The notes: generated by a model not told the origin, from the letters alone. Shown: positions 28,492-42,916, counted from the stretch's first letter. The stretch is DNA of 64,000 nucleotides from the human T2T-CHM13v2.0 reference genome, Homo sapiens (GCF_009914755.1 NC_060929.1); one strand, 5' to 3'. Program-made: numbers and translations.

Positions 28492-31400
28492 TTAATAATA
28501 CATCTGGGATCAGGTTTCTCAGCCTGGCTGGGGGCACTGCGGGAGCCTCTGGGCCTCAGGTTATAACTCAGTTTGTCAGGTCTCAGCCCACTGCTGCGCT
28601 CCTTACTGGTACAGTCCTGTCCGAGGAGCCTGGGCCTGGATGGCTGTTTGGGGCTTTTTCTCATAATGCCACCGTCTTTGCACCATCTGCTGTTTTCACC
28701 TCTTTTCAGGCTACACCCCAGTTTTTTCACAAAAGCCCCCAGGGAGATGGGTAGAGGAGGCTCTGCTTATCTACTGTCCGTGGGCCTGCTGGTTCCCTTC
28801 TCCAGGCTAGTTCGGCCTGGCAGTCAGGTGGCACTGAGTTGGAATCCCTGATTCTCTACTCCCCTGCTGTGCCACCCTGGGCATGTGGGGCCACCCCTCT
28901 GAACCTCAGTTTCCTTATCTGTAAAAATGGGACGGCTTCACCTGAGTTGGAGGAACCGGGGTAAGCGAATGTGCTGCTCACACCCTGGGGGCTCAGTCAG
29001 TCAGTGAGACATGTCTCAGTTCCTTTCCCAGAGTCAGAGACCCGTCCATTACGGTTTCTGCAGGGAAGGCTGGAGGGGGCCCGGTCACACCTGGGGACAG
29101 GCTGCTGGTGACGGGCTGCTAGTGACAATAATAACACATTAACCAGTCACCGTTTCCAAAGAAATGGTCACATTAACTGTTGCTTTATCCTTACAAGAAT
29201 AACTCTGTGTACTGAGATGGAATTTTATACCCGTTGTACAGCAAAAGCGCCGAGTTGGGATGAGAGCATCTCTTCAAATGAAGGGTGAATGCCTTTCAAA
29301 GCCACAGGCTTCTGCTCACCGATCTCCCCTCTGGCCCATCAGCGTAGGTAGCTGTTGGCCAGCTAGTAGTTTCTGGGTGTCGGGAGCGTCGCGTGGCTTT
29401 TTCCAGACATCCGTCCATTCAATCCTCACAGCTTATGGGGCTTATGGGGTCCAGATGATTTCTATTTCTATTTTCCAGATGAGGAAACTGAGGCTGAAGG
29501 GAGTCAAGAAACCAGTTAAGAAGCTGGGGTGGGAATCCAGTCTCCTGCTCTTGGGCGCCAGACCATGAGAAGCAGGTGACTGAGAGGAGTGGGAAGCCGT
29601 GCTCCTCAGGAGACAGGAGTCTAACCGGACCCTCCACGTGATGCTCTGAGCTTCCGCCTCCCCAATTGCAAAGGAGAACTATTTTTCCTGCCAACTTCAT
29701 AGGATTATTCGGAAGCTCATTTGAGAGACTGTGTAGAAAATTGTTTCCTAAACCAAATTGGAAGGCAGGAACTCTAGCTTGAGCCCACTCAGGAATTTGG
29801 GCAAGCCTGGGCCTGTTTGGGATATGTCTGGGCAGGTCCTCCAAGAGTCGACTTAGTGAGATTTTTTGTTGTCTTTGATTGAAGGAGGATGCAGAAGTGG
29901 TTTTGCACACTGAGTCTAAGGAAGGTGGGGGACAGGATCCCCTGGGTCTGTCTTGCACAGCGTCCTGCCGGCTCAGCCCTGTGGGCCTGTGGATGGCAAG
30001 GAGGTCCAGGGGATCCCTGGGGTGACAGCACTCCCAGAACGTGTTTGGAACCAGGGCACAAAGTGACTTAGTGACAGTGTGCCTCATGAGGTGGCTGGAG
30101 CAGGCAAGGGGACTGTCGGGAGAGCTCCTGCGAGGAGACCCTCCTCTGGGGCTCCTAAAGATATGCGTGTACCTGGAGGGGGCAGGGGCAGGGTATGGGG
30201 CCTGTGCAGGTGGAGGCACAGCTGAAACAAAAGGCGGTTACTGCTATCAAGCCGATGCCACGGTCAGGTCTGGAGAAAGCCGAGGATCCCCTTCAAAGGG
30301 CCACGGCAATGTCTGGGCTTGCTTTTCATTCCCAGGAGTAAATGCAGAAAGAGGGGGTCATTTTCTGACTGAATTTGTAGAGACTGAGTATGAATGAGGG
30401 GAACGGCTTTGCCCCTGTTGCAGGGGAAAATCAGAGTGTTAGATCTGTAGTTGCTGTGTTTGTAGTTCTGTATTCAAAGCTCAGCCCCACCTGTGCACAC
30501 AAGGGGAATCTCGATTTTCGGAGCCTCTGCTTCTCTCACCTGCAAAATAGAGGTCAAAGGGCCCCAGTCCCAGCTTGTTGGGCTACTTCATGAGACACTG
30601 CATGGATGTGCCCGACACAGCAGGTGGTACTTGCTCATCTTGTCTTATTTCACCTTGCTTCCTTCCCTTCCCGCACCCCTTCCCTTCCCTTCCCTCTTTA
30701 TTCATTCAAAATAACCTGTAACGCCCGATGTGGTCATTTTGGCTGTGCTGATAGCCAGAGTAGACTTACTCTTTGTTAAGCCAATTCACAGTCATTGTGA
30801 CAGTTAGAAGCAAATGTGCATTCAAGAAATAATCATCTCAGTGCATCTGGTAGGCACAGTTTCAATGCAGCTGGTCTGTTAGACAGGCCAGGAACCTCTC
30901 TGGACCCATCTGGTTTTCATTAGCTCCCCCATGAAACCAGATTTTTGCTCCATTTAGTTACCATCACTGACCACAGCAACTTGCTCTTCCCGGGCTAGAG
31001 CTTTTGCATCCCTCTTTCCTGAAGAGGCCAGCTGAAGATCGGAACTTAAGAGAAGTCAGAGGCTCCTGCTGAAAAAGGCCACCGTGTGGTGTGTGTTTGC
31101 TGGTGGGAGATTAGGAGGATGGTGCACAGAACCATCAATGAGGAATCCACGGGGGAAGATGGTGCAAGGTAGGAAGAGCTAGGCTTCCACGCTTGCCAAA
31201 AATGACATCCGCCGCTGCCAAAGGACAAGAGGAAGATGGGGTTCCCTGCGAAATCCCTTTCCTTTCCAAGAAGGCAATAAAATCCTGTAGTGGTTCATTT
31301 TAACCATCAGGAGCCTCTGCCACATAATGACATCCATGTCTGCATAAGGATAAGATACGGTGGGTCCCAGGGATTGAGGGGATGGTGTTCATTTCAAAAT

Positions 31401-32121
31401 CTTGCTTCTTCTTGTTCTGATACCATGTGTACAATACAGAAAACCAATCATAGTGTAGTGAAGGAAGTCACATTTTGTCAAGGTCTATTTGCTATTCCTT
31501 CTTTCTCTCCAGCCAATGAACAAGCTATTTTAGAAGTACAGCTGATGATCTAGAAATAAGAAGAAAGAGGACGGAAGGTGGTGAGTAACTTAGGGCTATA
31601 CCTCTGGCCATTCAGAGAGTGAATCTGAGGATGGCCTGAGAGGTGGCAGTTCAGGAGGAGGCAGGAGAAGGGGTCCCCATTGATGATGAGGCAGTCCTGA
31701 ACTGGGCAGCAAGCCAGGGCTTCCCTATCCTCACCTCATTCCTCCCTCAGAACAGCTCTTGAGGCACACCGCAGCATGGGGTGGTAGCTGAGCACCCTGA
31801 TGTTTAGAGCCAGTGGGACCTGGGTTTCAATCCCAGCATCACCATTTACTAGCTGTCAGATGTTAGGCAAGCTTTTTAAACTTTTCCAAGCCTCAGTTCT
31901 CTCATCTGCAAAGTGGATAATGTTCATTACTTCTTGGGTCTGTTATGATATTATGTAAGCAAACAGCTACAGGGAGTGTCCAGTACTGGGGAGTCATCAT
32001 TGTGATCATTTATAGTAGGAGAATTCGGAGTTGGTGAGGGGAAGCCTTTTCTGTTACTCCCTGCCCACTCCACCTGTCCTTCTTTCCAACCAGTCACCAA
32101 ATCCTATTAAGACTTCCTTGA

Positions 32122-32455
32122 GACCAGGCGTGGTGGCTCATGCCTGTAATCCCAGCACTTTGGGAGGCTGAGGCAGGAGGATCACTTAAATCCAGGAGCT
32201 TAAGACCAACCTGGGCAACACAGAGAGACCCAGACTCTACAAAAAGAAGAGTAAGAAGAAGAAGGAGGAGAAGGAGAAATGTTGAGCATGGTGGAGAAGG
32301 AGTGTTGAGCATGGTGGCAAGTGCCTGTGGTCCCGGCTACTTGGGAGGCTGAGTCAGGAGGGGGCCTGGGAGGTTGAGGCTTCAGTGAGCCATGATTGCA
32401 CCACTGCGTTCCAGCCTGGGCAATGGAATGAGATGGTCTCAAAAAAAAAAAAAAA
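32122..32455 (+). mobile_element. AluJ with expanded GA-rich linker
   Basis: AluJ diagnostics (ggaggatcactt, ctgggcaaca, gaggttgaggct.cagtgagccatgatt); degenerate TSD agacttccttga/agacttatttga. Confidence 0.92.
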
Positions 32456-32782
32456 GAGACTTATTTGAAAATATCTTCCAAATCCATCCCCTCCTTTCCA
32501 TCCACTCTCCCACCCGCCTGGGTTCGTTCACACGGATGCCACCTGGAGTTATCAGTGACCCCGACTGGTCTCCTTTCCCCAGTCCCTTCTTGTCTACCCC
32601 TGTGGCAGAAGGTCTGCCACAGAGATCTGACCACATCCCTCCACTTAAATTCATCTCGTGGTCTTTGTCACCTTCCAGACAAGGCCATAGTGCCTTAGCA
32701 GGAGAATTGTGCTTAGCAGAAATCATTCCATTGAAACTGACAGAAATCCCAGTCAAACTGGCTTTAAAAAGTACTCGAAAGG

Positions 32783-33216
32783 GGTTGGAGGTTCTCTAAG
32801 AAGCATATGCCAAGATGGAATTAGACACACAGGAGATTTACTAGGGGGTTCACTGGTGAAGGATTGCCGCCAGGCAGCTGGAGGAGGCAGGAAGGCAGGA
32901 TAACTCAGGGCTGACCCTGTGGAAGGGAGAGGGGAGGAAGGAGCCTTGGGTAGGAGCCTCAGACTGCCACGCAATTTCCAAAAATTTTTGGCCAGGCCAA
33001 TGGGGAGTCCTGGAGTTTAAGTCACCAGGTGGAGGGGACCCACAGGAATGGGACAGTACTAGTTCCCCCAGGGGTCGGGCATTGGCTGGGAGCAGCCGAG
33101 GGTTGCTGTGAGGAGCACGGCCTGGGGCAAATGCAGGGGAGCATGCAGCTGGGCTGTCAGTCAACCATGGTCCCACGGCAGCAGGTATGAGTGGCACATT
33201 TTCATGGCTGCCACAG
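32783..33216 (-). mobile_element. ERVL LTR (LTR16/LTR33-like)
   Basis: ggttctctaagaagca..gagatttactagggg..ggcattggctgggagcagcc..catggctgccaca terminus. Confidence 0.55.
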
Positions 33217-33297
33217 GGAAAGACTTGTAGGCTTGCATAAACAAAAAGCCCAGAATTAGAGTTGCTTCAGGCATGGCTAAGCCCAGGTTTTCAGATG

Positions 33298-33343
33298 ACA
33301 TCTCCACAATATTCCTCACAACATCTCCACAATATTCCTCACA
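33298..33343. repeat. Perfect 23-bp tandem duplication (acatctccacaatattcctcaca)x2
   Basis: Seen directly. Confidence 0.92.
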
Positions 33344-33460
33344 ATATGGCTCTGCTTTCTTTGATATGGACTCCATTCTTGCAAAGGCTCTCTCCATGTG
33401 GAGGTAAGATGCCATCACCAGCTCTGGAGGCACCTCTTCCCAGGTTAAAATCCAGCAGAA

Positions 33461-33800
<340 letters not shown>

Positions 33801-34107
33801 TTAGAGCAAATGTCCCAGGAATAGCTCTGATTGGCTCAGACTGGGTCATGTGCCCATCTCTGAACCAATCCCTGTGGCCAGGATGATGCCATGCTCTGAT
33901 CGGCTAGTCCTGAGTTAACTGCCCACTCCTGGAGCAGGAGGAGGATCAGCTTTACCTCCCACATGACCCCCCATCACCACGTGGTCTGAGTGGGTACCCC
34001 AAGCAACCCTGGGAAAAAACGGGCTGACCAGGCTGGATCCTCTGATAACAGGAGAAAGGGAAATGGATACGAGTGAGGACAGCAGATGTCTCCTCTCCAT
34101 AAATCAT

Positions 34108-34902
34108 TATTTTAGTTTTTAAATTGTGGTAAGAACACTTCATGAGATCCACTCTCTTAATAGATTTTTAAGTGCTCAATACAGTATTGTTAAGTACAGA
34201 CACGATGTTGTGCGATGCATTCTTATTCACCTTGCATGACCAAAACTTTGTACCCATTGAACACATACTCACCATTTCTCTGTCCCACTGCAGCCCCTGG
34301 CCATCAGCATTCTACTCTGTGCTTCTGTGAGTTTGGCTATTTTTTATTCCTCCTGTAAGTGTAATCCTGCAGCATCTGTCCCTCTGTGCCTGGCTTATTT
34401 CACCCAGCATAACGTCATCCGGGATCATCCATGTTGTCACATGTTGCAGGGTTTCCTTCCTTTTAAAGGCCGAATGATAGCCCATTGTTTGTGTATGTCA
34501 CATTTTCTTTATCCATTCATCTGTCGATGGACATTTAGGCTGTTCCTACATCTTGGCTATTTGTCAATAGTGCAGATATCTCTTCAAGATCCTGATTTCA
34601 TTTCCTTTAGATAAACACCAAGAAGTGGAATTGCTGAACCATATAGTAGTTCTATTTTTAGATGTTTTAGGAACCTCCATGCTGTTTTCCATAGTGGCTG
34701 TACCATTCTACATTCCTACAAACAGCGGACCAATTTCTCCACATCCTTACCAACACTTATATCTTATTTCTTTGATAACAGTCATTGTGACAGGTGTGAG
34801 GTGATATCTCATTGTGGTTCTGGGTTTTAGAAATGTTGAGCACTTTTTCTTATACCTGCTGGCCACATGTATGTCTTCTTTGGAGAAACTTCTATTCAGG
34901 TC
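34108..34902 (-). mobile_element. L1MA/MB 3' end
   Basis: ctggcttatttcacccagcataacgtc..atccattcatctgtcgatggacatttagg..gaacctccatgctgttttccatagtggctgtacc. Confidence 0.9.
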
Positions 34903-34944
34903 ATAGATCACCCTTTACGTTTTCTCCTGAGGCACATCCCACAG

Positions 34945-35390
34945 GCTTTCAGTTATCTCTTAATGAACAATAAACCACCCCAACACTTAGTGGCTTGAAA
35001 CCCAGTGGTTTATTATTTCCCATGAGTCCTTGGGTTTCCTGGGCAGTCCCTCTGCTGGTCTGGCCTCCGGTTGCTCTGAGATGATTCAGCAGGCCCCTGA
35101 GCTGGGCTGGAGGGTCCAAGAAGGCTTCTCTCTCACGCTTCATTCTAGGGGGTGGAGGGTTACCTTCTGCCCTTTCTGCATGCTCGCTCATCATTCAGTA
35201 GTTAGCCTGAGCAGCTTTACTTCCAGGATGCTGCTTCCCAGAGCACAGAGGCTGAGGCTGGCACCCCAGCCTCATCAGTGCATTAGTCAAAGCATGTCAC
35301 AAGGACAGCCCAGAGTCAAAACGGAGAGGGAAGCAGTCTCTATCTCGAAGAAAAGATCAGTAAAGAATTTGTGACCATCTTTAATCCACG
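34945..35390 (-). mobile_element. MLT1 (H/I-like) LTR
   Basis: aaaccaccccaacacttagtggcttgaaac..tttattatttcccatgagtc..aagaatttgtgaccatctttaatccac. Confidence 0.7.
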
Positions 35391-36160
35391 AAAGTGGAAA
35401 TGAGATTAAAAGGTGGGTCTGAATTTGGCCCGGCAACTGCAGGGCTGGAGAGCTTTACTCTGCCACTTCCCTCACCAGGGCCACAGCCCTATTCCTGTTT
35501 CAGCCTCTTTCTTTGGAGATTTAGGAAGCAACTGTAATACCTGGCAGGGGCAGGATACTGATTCTGGGTCCAGTGGACAAACCACAGTGGCAGCTCACAC
35601 CAGACGGTAAGCTCTTGAGGAGTACCCTGAGTATGTTTCGTCCCAGGGCTGGGCCCAAGACACCGTAAGGTCGGCAAATAGCAAAGGCTTTGGAACGGGC
35701 AGACCCAGATCTCCATCCTGCCTCTGCTGCATGTATGGATAAAAGCTCCACAGCAACAAGGCCCAGCCTGTCCCAGTCATAGCTATATCCCAGCACCCAG
35801 AACCATGCCTGGCGCATAGTAGTTGCCTGATAAATGTTTGCTGGATGAGTGAGTGAACCTCTCTGGGCCTTATTTTCTTCATCGGAAAAATAGTGATAAC
35901 AATGGTAATAGTAACAACTACTGCAGTCAGGATGATCATGTCAAGCTCCAACTCCTCGATCTGGCCTGCGATGCCCTGCATGCTGCTCTCAGTGTATTCA
36001 TACCTCTTCAGCTGCATTTCACACGGAGGCCCACGGCTCTCTGCACTCCAGCCACCTAAGCCCTGCTCCAGTTTCTCAAACTCATCAGCCCCTTATCTCA
36101 GGGCCTTTGCAAGTGCTAGATGCACTTCCTTCCCTTACTTCACCTAGTTCATCAAATAGC

Positions 36161-36452
36161 TTTTTAAATTTTTTTTGGAGACAGAGTCTCTCTGTTGCCT
36201 GGGCTAGAGTGCAGTGGCGCGGTCTTGGCTCACTGCTACCTCTGCCTCCCTGGTTCAAGTGATTCTTGTGCCTCAGCCTCCTGAGTAGCTGCAATTACAG
36301 GTGCATGCCACCATACCCAGCTATTTTTGTATTTTTAGTAGAGACGGACTTCACCACGTTGGCCAGGCTGGTCTCGAACTCCTGACCTCAAGTGATCTGC
36401 CCGCCTCGGCCTCCCAAAGTACTGGGATTACAGGCGTGAGCCATCGTACCCC
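36161..36452 (-). mobile_element. AluS with TSD, inserted in an L2 fragment
   Basis: Complete antisense dimer; TSD agttcatcaaata at 36146-36158 and 36453-36465. Confidence 0.96.
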
Positions 36453-38749
36453 AGTTCATCAAATATCTTACCCGCATTAGCACTTCTTTGGAGAAGCTTC
36501 CTCAGATCTCTAGACCAGACTAAATCCTCCTGTCTTAAGCTTTTAGAGTGCTGTGCGCCTTTTCTTTCCAGCTCTTCTCAGAAGTGGTAGCTACAGATTT
36601 GTTGATTTACTTTTAGTCTAATGCCAGTGTTCTCCAGCCTTTTGTCAGCTCTGCAAGATACAGATGTGGTTTATTTGCTCCAACATGTAAATGCAGAACT
36701 TAGCCCAGTACCTGGCATGGGGTAGGTGCATGATGCACACTGGGACTACACAGACAAATGGATGGTTGCCTGGCATGGCTCACTGAGGACACTCAACAGG
36801 TACCAGCACCATTTATTTAAGCGGATCAACTAACGAATGAGTTAGAGAGTGGCTGGAATGGATGTATAGCACTAATTTGTGAGAGAAGACAGAATGAGAA
36901 TGTAATTCCAAAACAATGAGCAAACATCAGAAGAATTGAAGCAAATAACTGCAACATTTCCCCAGTTGTCCCTCTCATTGTTCTTAAAATAAAAGCATTT
37001 CTGCTACGGAGTCAGGCAAATAAGTGAAAAAGCCACATAAAGGAAGAGCAGTGACTCTCGAGAGCTGGCATCCCAGGGTGACTTCACCATGGGCTGTCAT
37101 CGCTGAGGCCATAAAAAGCCAAAAGCACTACCCTTGAGTCATCCTAGCCCCTTGGAGCCAAAAACGTAGCAACGTCACGTCTGTAGTTGACCTCGGTTCC
37201 GGGCACCTTCCTGAGCATTCTTCGGGAGGCACTTGTGAAACTCAGCCCAGGTGCTGCCCAGGATCAGGAGGCTGAGCCGTGATCTGGAAGTCAGTGCCCA
37301 TCCATACCCCTTCCCCAGCTTTGGGGCCACAGAGGGACAGAAACCGCAGGCAGGCTGGCCTGGGAATGAACCTACACCAGCCTGAAGTCAGAAGAGCCTC
37401 TAGGAGCCTCCAGCCTGGACTCTTTTTACAGATGGGGAAACTGAGTCCCAGAGAGGGAGCAATGAAGGATGTCTAAGGTCATCAGCAACGTAAAGCCAAC
37501 AGCATCATCCTGAGTCATATTTGAACCTGAGGTAAGAGAAGAGGTCAGCAAATCTGACCCTGTCTGTATTTTAAAATTTGGTATTTTGTTCAGAGTGGGG
37601 TTTTGTGTTCGTTTTGATGTTGGAAGATATCAGGTTAAAATATGATTCATTTTGATAACGGAGTTTTTCAGATACCTCTTTCAGTTCTGCTTCCAAGGCT
37701 AGTCCTGGCCCTGAGAGCCAGGGCACTGTGTTGGATGCGTATTCCCTTGTTGGCACATGTACTGTCATTCCCCAGACAGGCAGAGCACCCTTCTGGGAAG
37801 AACTGGCTGTGTGTTCGGGCTGACCCAGGTTTTAACCCCACTTCCAGCATCCCCATCCTAGTGACTGAACTTCTATGAGCAAGAATTTTCTCTTCTGAAA
37901 GTTTCCCAGTCCCTCATTTATCTAACCAGTTCTTTTCAGGGTTCTACCATGTACCAGGCACAGTGTGTGTGGCATGACTGTGACCCATCAATGCCCTAAG
38001 CAGCTCACAGTCAGTGAGGAAGACCCCCGGTGTCAGACCCCTGCAGCCTCACGTGGAAGGGGCGCCGGGAATGCCACAGGATGCTGGGGACAAGGCAGGG
38101 GGCTCCCCCAAGACTTCTCAGAGAGATCCTTCAAAGGCGAGAGCCTCCCCAGGGGGAGTCCGCTGGGAAATCAGCAAAGGAGGGGGCTCCGGGCAGAAGA
38201 AACAGCGTCTGCCAAGGCCTAGAGGCAAGAAAGCTAGGCTTGTTTGCAGACATCCCAAGTAGATTTGCGCCAAGTGTAAAGGAAGATGTGGCAGAGAGAA
38301 CTTGGGGGCTCCACTGTGTGTGGCCCTGGGCCATGCTAGGGGGTTGGGTAATAACATCTCCTGTAGATACCAGCTGCAGGGGGCAGGAGGACCCATGGAA
38401 AGCACCGGGGGCTGAGCCTGAGGCGAGTATAGAGGCCTGAGTCAATATTACCCTCCCCTGTCTCTCCTCTTGAGATAAGCCAATAGGTGTTTGATGTTCA
38501 GTGTTCAGAAAGCCAGCCTGACTGCTCTCAGATGATTAAGCAAGAGGCTATAGTCGGTGGGGTGGCAGGGGGTTGGGGGGGAACAGGCCTCCCCCCTTCT
38601 GTTTCCAGAAATCTGACCTCTGCCTCGGCCACATTCCCCGACTCCTGGGTGTGAGATAAGGCCGCTGTCTCCTGTTCCCTTCTCTTCTGTCTGGCCTGGC
38701 TGAGCTGGCGTGTATGGTCTTAGTTTTCTATATTTATAGAGACAAGGAT

Positions 38750-39370
38750 GGGGGAACCATGGTAGGGGGCAGGGGGTTGGGGGCGGCTGGCCCAGAGCTT
38801 CAGGGCCTGTGGAAGCTGCCTGGCCGCAGGGGGTATTTAACTTTCTGCCCGATGGTTGTAATTCTGGGGGCAGCCGAACTGGTGGGATCAGGTCCCTCTG
38901 GCTGCGATGACAGGCCTTCAGCAGGCACTGTAATTGCAGCGTTAAAACCCCTCATTTTCTTCCCGGCAAGCTGTAGTTAAGAGGTGCTATCGGGCAGCCG
39001 GGTTGTCTGCAGGGAGGCTGATCAAAGGGCTGAAGGCATCTGTTTTGTCTCTGTTTTCTTTCACCACTCCCCGCCAACTTTGAAAAAAAAATGGTTAAAA
39101 AGTAATTTATGAAAATGAATACCTGTCCTTCTCCAGAGGCTAAAAGGCGGCTGCATATTAGAGATATTAGATGATGTGCATTGGGTTTTTGCTACACTCC
39201 TTCGGTCAGTTTCAGAATGAGAAAATTGGAGCTGGAGAATGTGCCCACCGTGTCCGCTTCCATTAAAACCTCTCAGCAGGGTTTTTATAATATCGGCCCG
39301 ACTTTTCACACTCTGAGGATTTCCTGAAGAAGATTAAACTCTCCCACCTCCAGCCAGCGATTGGCAATTA
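38750..39370. promoter_or_regulatory. Candidate developmental enhancer / conserved non-coding element
   Basis: No recognisable repeat; retains many CpGs; motifs TGACAG 38908, TAATTG 38931, ATCAAAG 39021, TTTATGA 39106. Conservation not tested. Confidence 0.45.
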
Positions 39371-41149
39371 TGCCTTGGCCATGCCCACACCCCTGCGGGC
39401 CTCCCAACCCACACTCCTCTCCCTGTTCTCCAGAAGCCCAGGGCGGGCGTTGCCTGCTGTGAGGTTGTCCAGGACTCAGCCTCTCCCTGCTCTCAGTGCC
39501 CTGAGGCCTTGGAACTTTCTTATCAACTGACTGCACAAGGAAAGGTTTCCAATTTTTAAATAGTGCCCTTCATATCTGGTTTGAAAACTGAAAGAGAATA
39601 AATGCCTTTAGAGATGAGAATGAAAAATCCCTAGCAAAGGAAAAAAATGGCTTAGGACTGCCTGGAGATGGAGCACGTTTAAGGAAAGCCTCAAGAGAAC
39701 AGGTTGATTTAAAGCAAACAAACAAAAACAACAACAACCCCTGTGCCATCTCTAAGCTGTGTTGCAGTGGGGAGGAGCTTCACCAGCCAGACTCCACACT
39801 GGAGGTTCGTGGCTTCAGTTTGAAACCTGAGCCCATTTCTCTGCTCACACAGTGTGCACATTACAGCATCAGTATCCTGTTCCAGGAGCCTGGAAATCAA
39901 AGAGGTGCTGGTTGGGGCACCATGTTCGAAGGGCTCAAAATGTAGCCTTAGAAGTCCCCTGTCTTGCATTTCTTTCTTATTCCCCTGTGCCAAGATTTTG
40001 CGAAACCTTTCATAGATGCCCAATAAGGACCAGCTGCTCCCTGGGGAATTTCCAGCCTGGCCACCCTTAAGAGTTAATTCTCCGCCCTATCTGCCATTCC
40101 CCCTGTCTTCTCTTGGTTTCTGAATCCCTTTGGGAACTCAGAATAAAATAAGCTCTGTGCATGTGTACAGACAATTTATCATTCTCATAGTATTTTCACA
40201 GCCTTCATTGCAATAGAGTCCCCACCATGATCCTTTGAGACAGGCATTGCTATTCCCATTTCACAGATGGGGATAATCGAGGCTCTGAGGGAGAAAGGTG
40301 CCTGTAAGATCACACAGCTGCTAAGTGCAGCACCAGTGTCTGGATGACTCTGGAACAGGTTTCCTCACCACAGCGAGCTTCGTGGGAATTTGCCAATGGA
40401 ACACCCCAGGCCTTGGCACCCGGCAGACCCTCATTGGAAACAGACTCTGACCTTGGGCATGTCACTTCCCTGCTCATCTCAGGGTTTCAAGGTTTGGAAA
40501 AACAGCCTAGAGCCTGTCTGACTGAAGGCACTCCATAAACATTACCACCCTTCTTCTGATGAAGTTTGGCTCAAGGGGCATCTTGGGTTTTCCAGGCCCT
40601 GGTTAGGTCTGATGAAGGTAGAAGACATTGCTCAGGCCATGGGCATGCAGATACCAAGCTCTGATCTCTTCATGACTTCATCCCTACCCACTCCCAGCAG
40701 GCTCACCTACTCAGGAGCATATCCTGGCTGCCTGTTTGTATGGCCATCTGAACACGCTTTTTGCTTCTCAGACATTCCTGAGGAAAGAGAGACCGTACCA
40801 TCCCATGATTTAGGTGATTTCATGACATATGCCAGGATGCCACTCCATGTGGAATGGGTGAGCTGATTGAAGTATTTTCTTCAAATGGGTCTAATTCTCT
40901 TCCAGAATGAACTCCTTGGCATGTCAGCTTTCCATTCATTAGACTCTGGGTCTCCGCCTAAGAAAACTGAGCTGGATTGCATGGAGCAACCTCTCAGCCT
41001 GACACACAACCTCAGCAAGGGTGGATTTGGGCCCCCCGTCCCCCATCCACATTCCCTCTTGGTATCTGTCCAGTTAGATTTTCAAGAGTGCTTTCCAGGC
41101 ACAGGCCAGTCTCAGCTGTAATGGGAAGACACAGAACACCTACTGTGTG

Positions 41150-41605
41150 TCTAGCACTTCACTAAGGACTTTGCAAAGTAATTATTACATAATGATTTAC
41201 AAGGTGTATTTAGTGCTTACCATGTATCCGACTTTGAGCCAAATACTTTGCATACACCATTTCTTACTTAAGCTTCATAATCACCCTTGAGAGATGTGCT
41301 GTTATTTTCCACAGTGTTTTAGATGAGGGAATAGAGGGTAGAACAACTTTCCCAGGACCACAGTGAACAAGCAATGGTGCCAGCACACAAACCGAGGTCT
41401 GTGTGATTCAAAAGCCTGGTATGCAAACCTATTTTATAATATCGTCTAATGTGATCTTCATAACATCCCATGAGGATGAGATTAGTAACTCCATTTTATA
41501 AATGAGAAGATTAAGGTACCCGAAATAGCATGTAACTCGGGCACTTCTTCTGAGGTCATATGGCTGGTAAGTGGTAAAGGTGGGATTTGAACTCATGGAG
41601 CCTAA
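41150..41605 (-). mobile_element. Cluster of MIR fragments
   Basis: ttttagatgaggga..ccaggaccacag; ccattttataaatgagaagattaagg..ggtcatatggctggtaagtgg..ggatttgaactc. Confidence 0.7.
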
Positions 41606-42035
41606 CGAGAAAGGGGCATATCCAAGGACTAGGCACTAAAGCTTCACCAGATCCTCCAACATCCTGTTCCCTTGAGGCTAAGTGCATTTCCTTGGCATGA
41701 CCAAGCTCCTATTTAATCTCTCAAGACCAAGTTCAAATGTTCCTTCCTTGGGAAATACTTCCCTAGTGACTTCAGGCATCTTCCTTGATGCATTAAGGTA
41801 CCGAAGACTATTCCCAGTTGTCACTTTTTATTTGTATATGTCTCTCTCACTAAACAGTAGCTCCTTAGCAATGGGATACAAATCTTATTTGTCTGCATGT
41901 CTTTAAACTTAGCATGGAGTAGACACCTAAGTAGTTACAGAAGGTAGAAATTAGGTGATTTCTTTCAGCTTCCTTGGGTCTTAGAATGCATTCCTTAATA
42001 CATTATATCCATATATATTCAAGGTATAGATAGAT

Positions 42036-42122
42036 CAGTGTTTCCCAATTGGGAGTGCACAATAGAATCACCTATGGAATTTTTAAAAATATGGATTCCA
42101 AGGTTCTACCTGAAGCCTAGCA
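42036..42122. mobile_element. MER5-like hAT fragment
   Basis: cagtgtttcccaa..gtgcacaatagaatcacctatggaatttttaaaaata. Confidence 0.6.
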
Positions 42123-42916
42123 AGTCATATACTGTCATGGCTAATCCATGTCTGTCCAAGACCCAGTCACCCACCCTCTTGGATAAACAGCGCCCTCCAC
42201 CACCAACACAGAGGCAGGAGTGTCTCAAAGCTTCACCAGTCAGAGTTCTTCCTTGAATTTTTTGTTGGAATCAGGGGCAAGAGTTTTCTTTGTGTTTCCA
42301 GACGTAGAGTTGGAATAATGTGAATCTATGCCTGGCAGCAGCCCTGTTCCCTGACACATGAAGAAGCTTATCTTCCGTGAGAGAAAGAAAAGAGGGAACA
42401 GGCTCGGCCATCCCCAAGGCCTGCTTGATTCCTGCCCTTTTGAGGTTTGAGACAAGGAACTCCCTTCAACTTTTTCTTAAGCTACTTTGCGAGGGTTTCC
42501 TGTCCCTTGCAAATGTTTGTGTGTGATGTGTGGTGTGTACGTATACATTACGGTGTATGTACAGATTTTAAAAATAATAGCATTAAATGATATTTTATAT
42601 AAAAAGATAAATAAATAAACATGGAGATGCTGCTTCTACCTTGACCTAATGGCATGATGAGATGCAGTGTAGCTCATGCCCAGGGCCCTGCCTGCCCTTC
42701 CTTCTGTGGGCATAGGCCCTTGGGCCAGGAGGTCCTCTGGCCTGACGCCATTAATTCCCATTCCCAAAATGGGTGGAAAGAGTGTGGGGATGATTTTAAG
42801 GTTTTCTCAGCCATCAAAGACAGGGAATTGAGGGATGATGGAATCTTACTTTTCCAAAGAGAAAACTGAAGGAACACTTAAGAGCCACCAAAAAAAAAAA
42901 AAAAAAAAGTGGATAA

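Noticed and set aside
29419-30219. 266-aa minus-strand ORF
   Set aside because: Non-ATG start, ends in a MIR, no domain or exon structure.
42890-42908. Isolated poly-A as a possible retrocopy tail
   Set aside because: No upstream mRNA-like sequence, polyadenylation signal or TSD.
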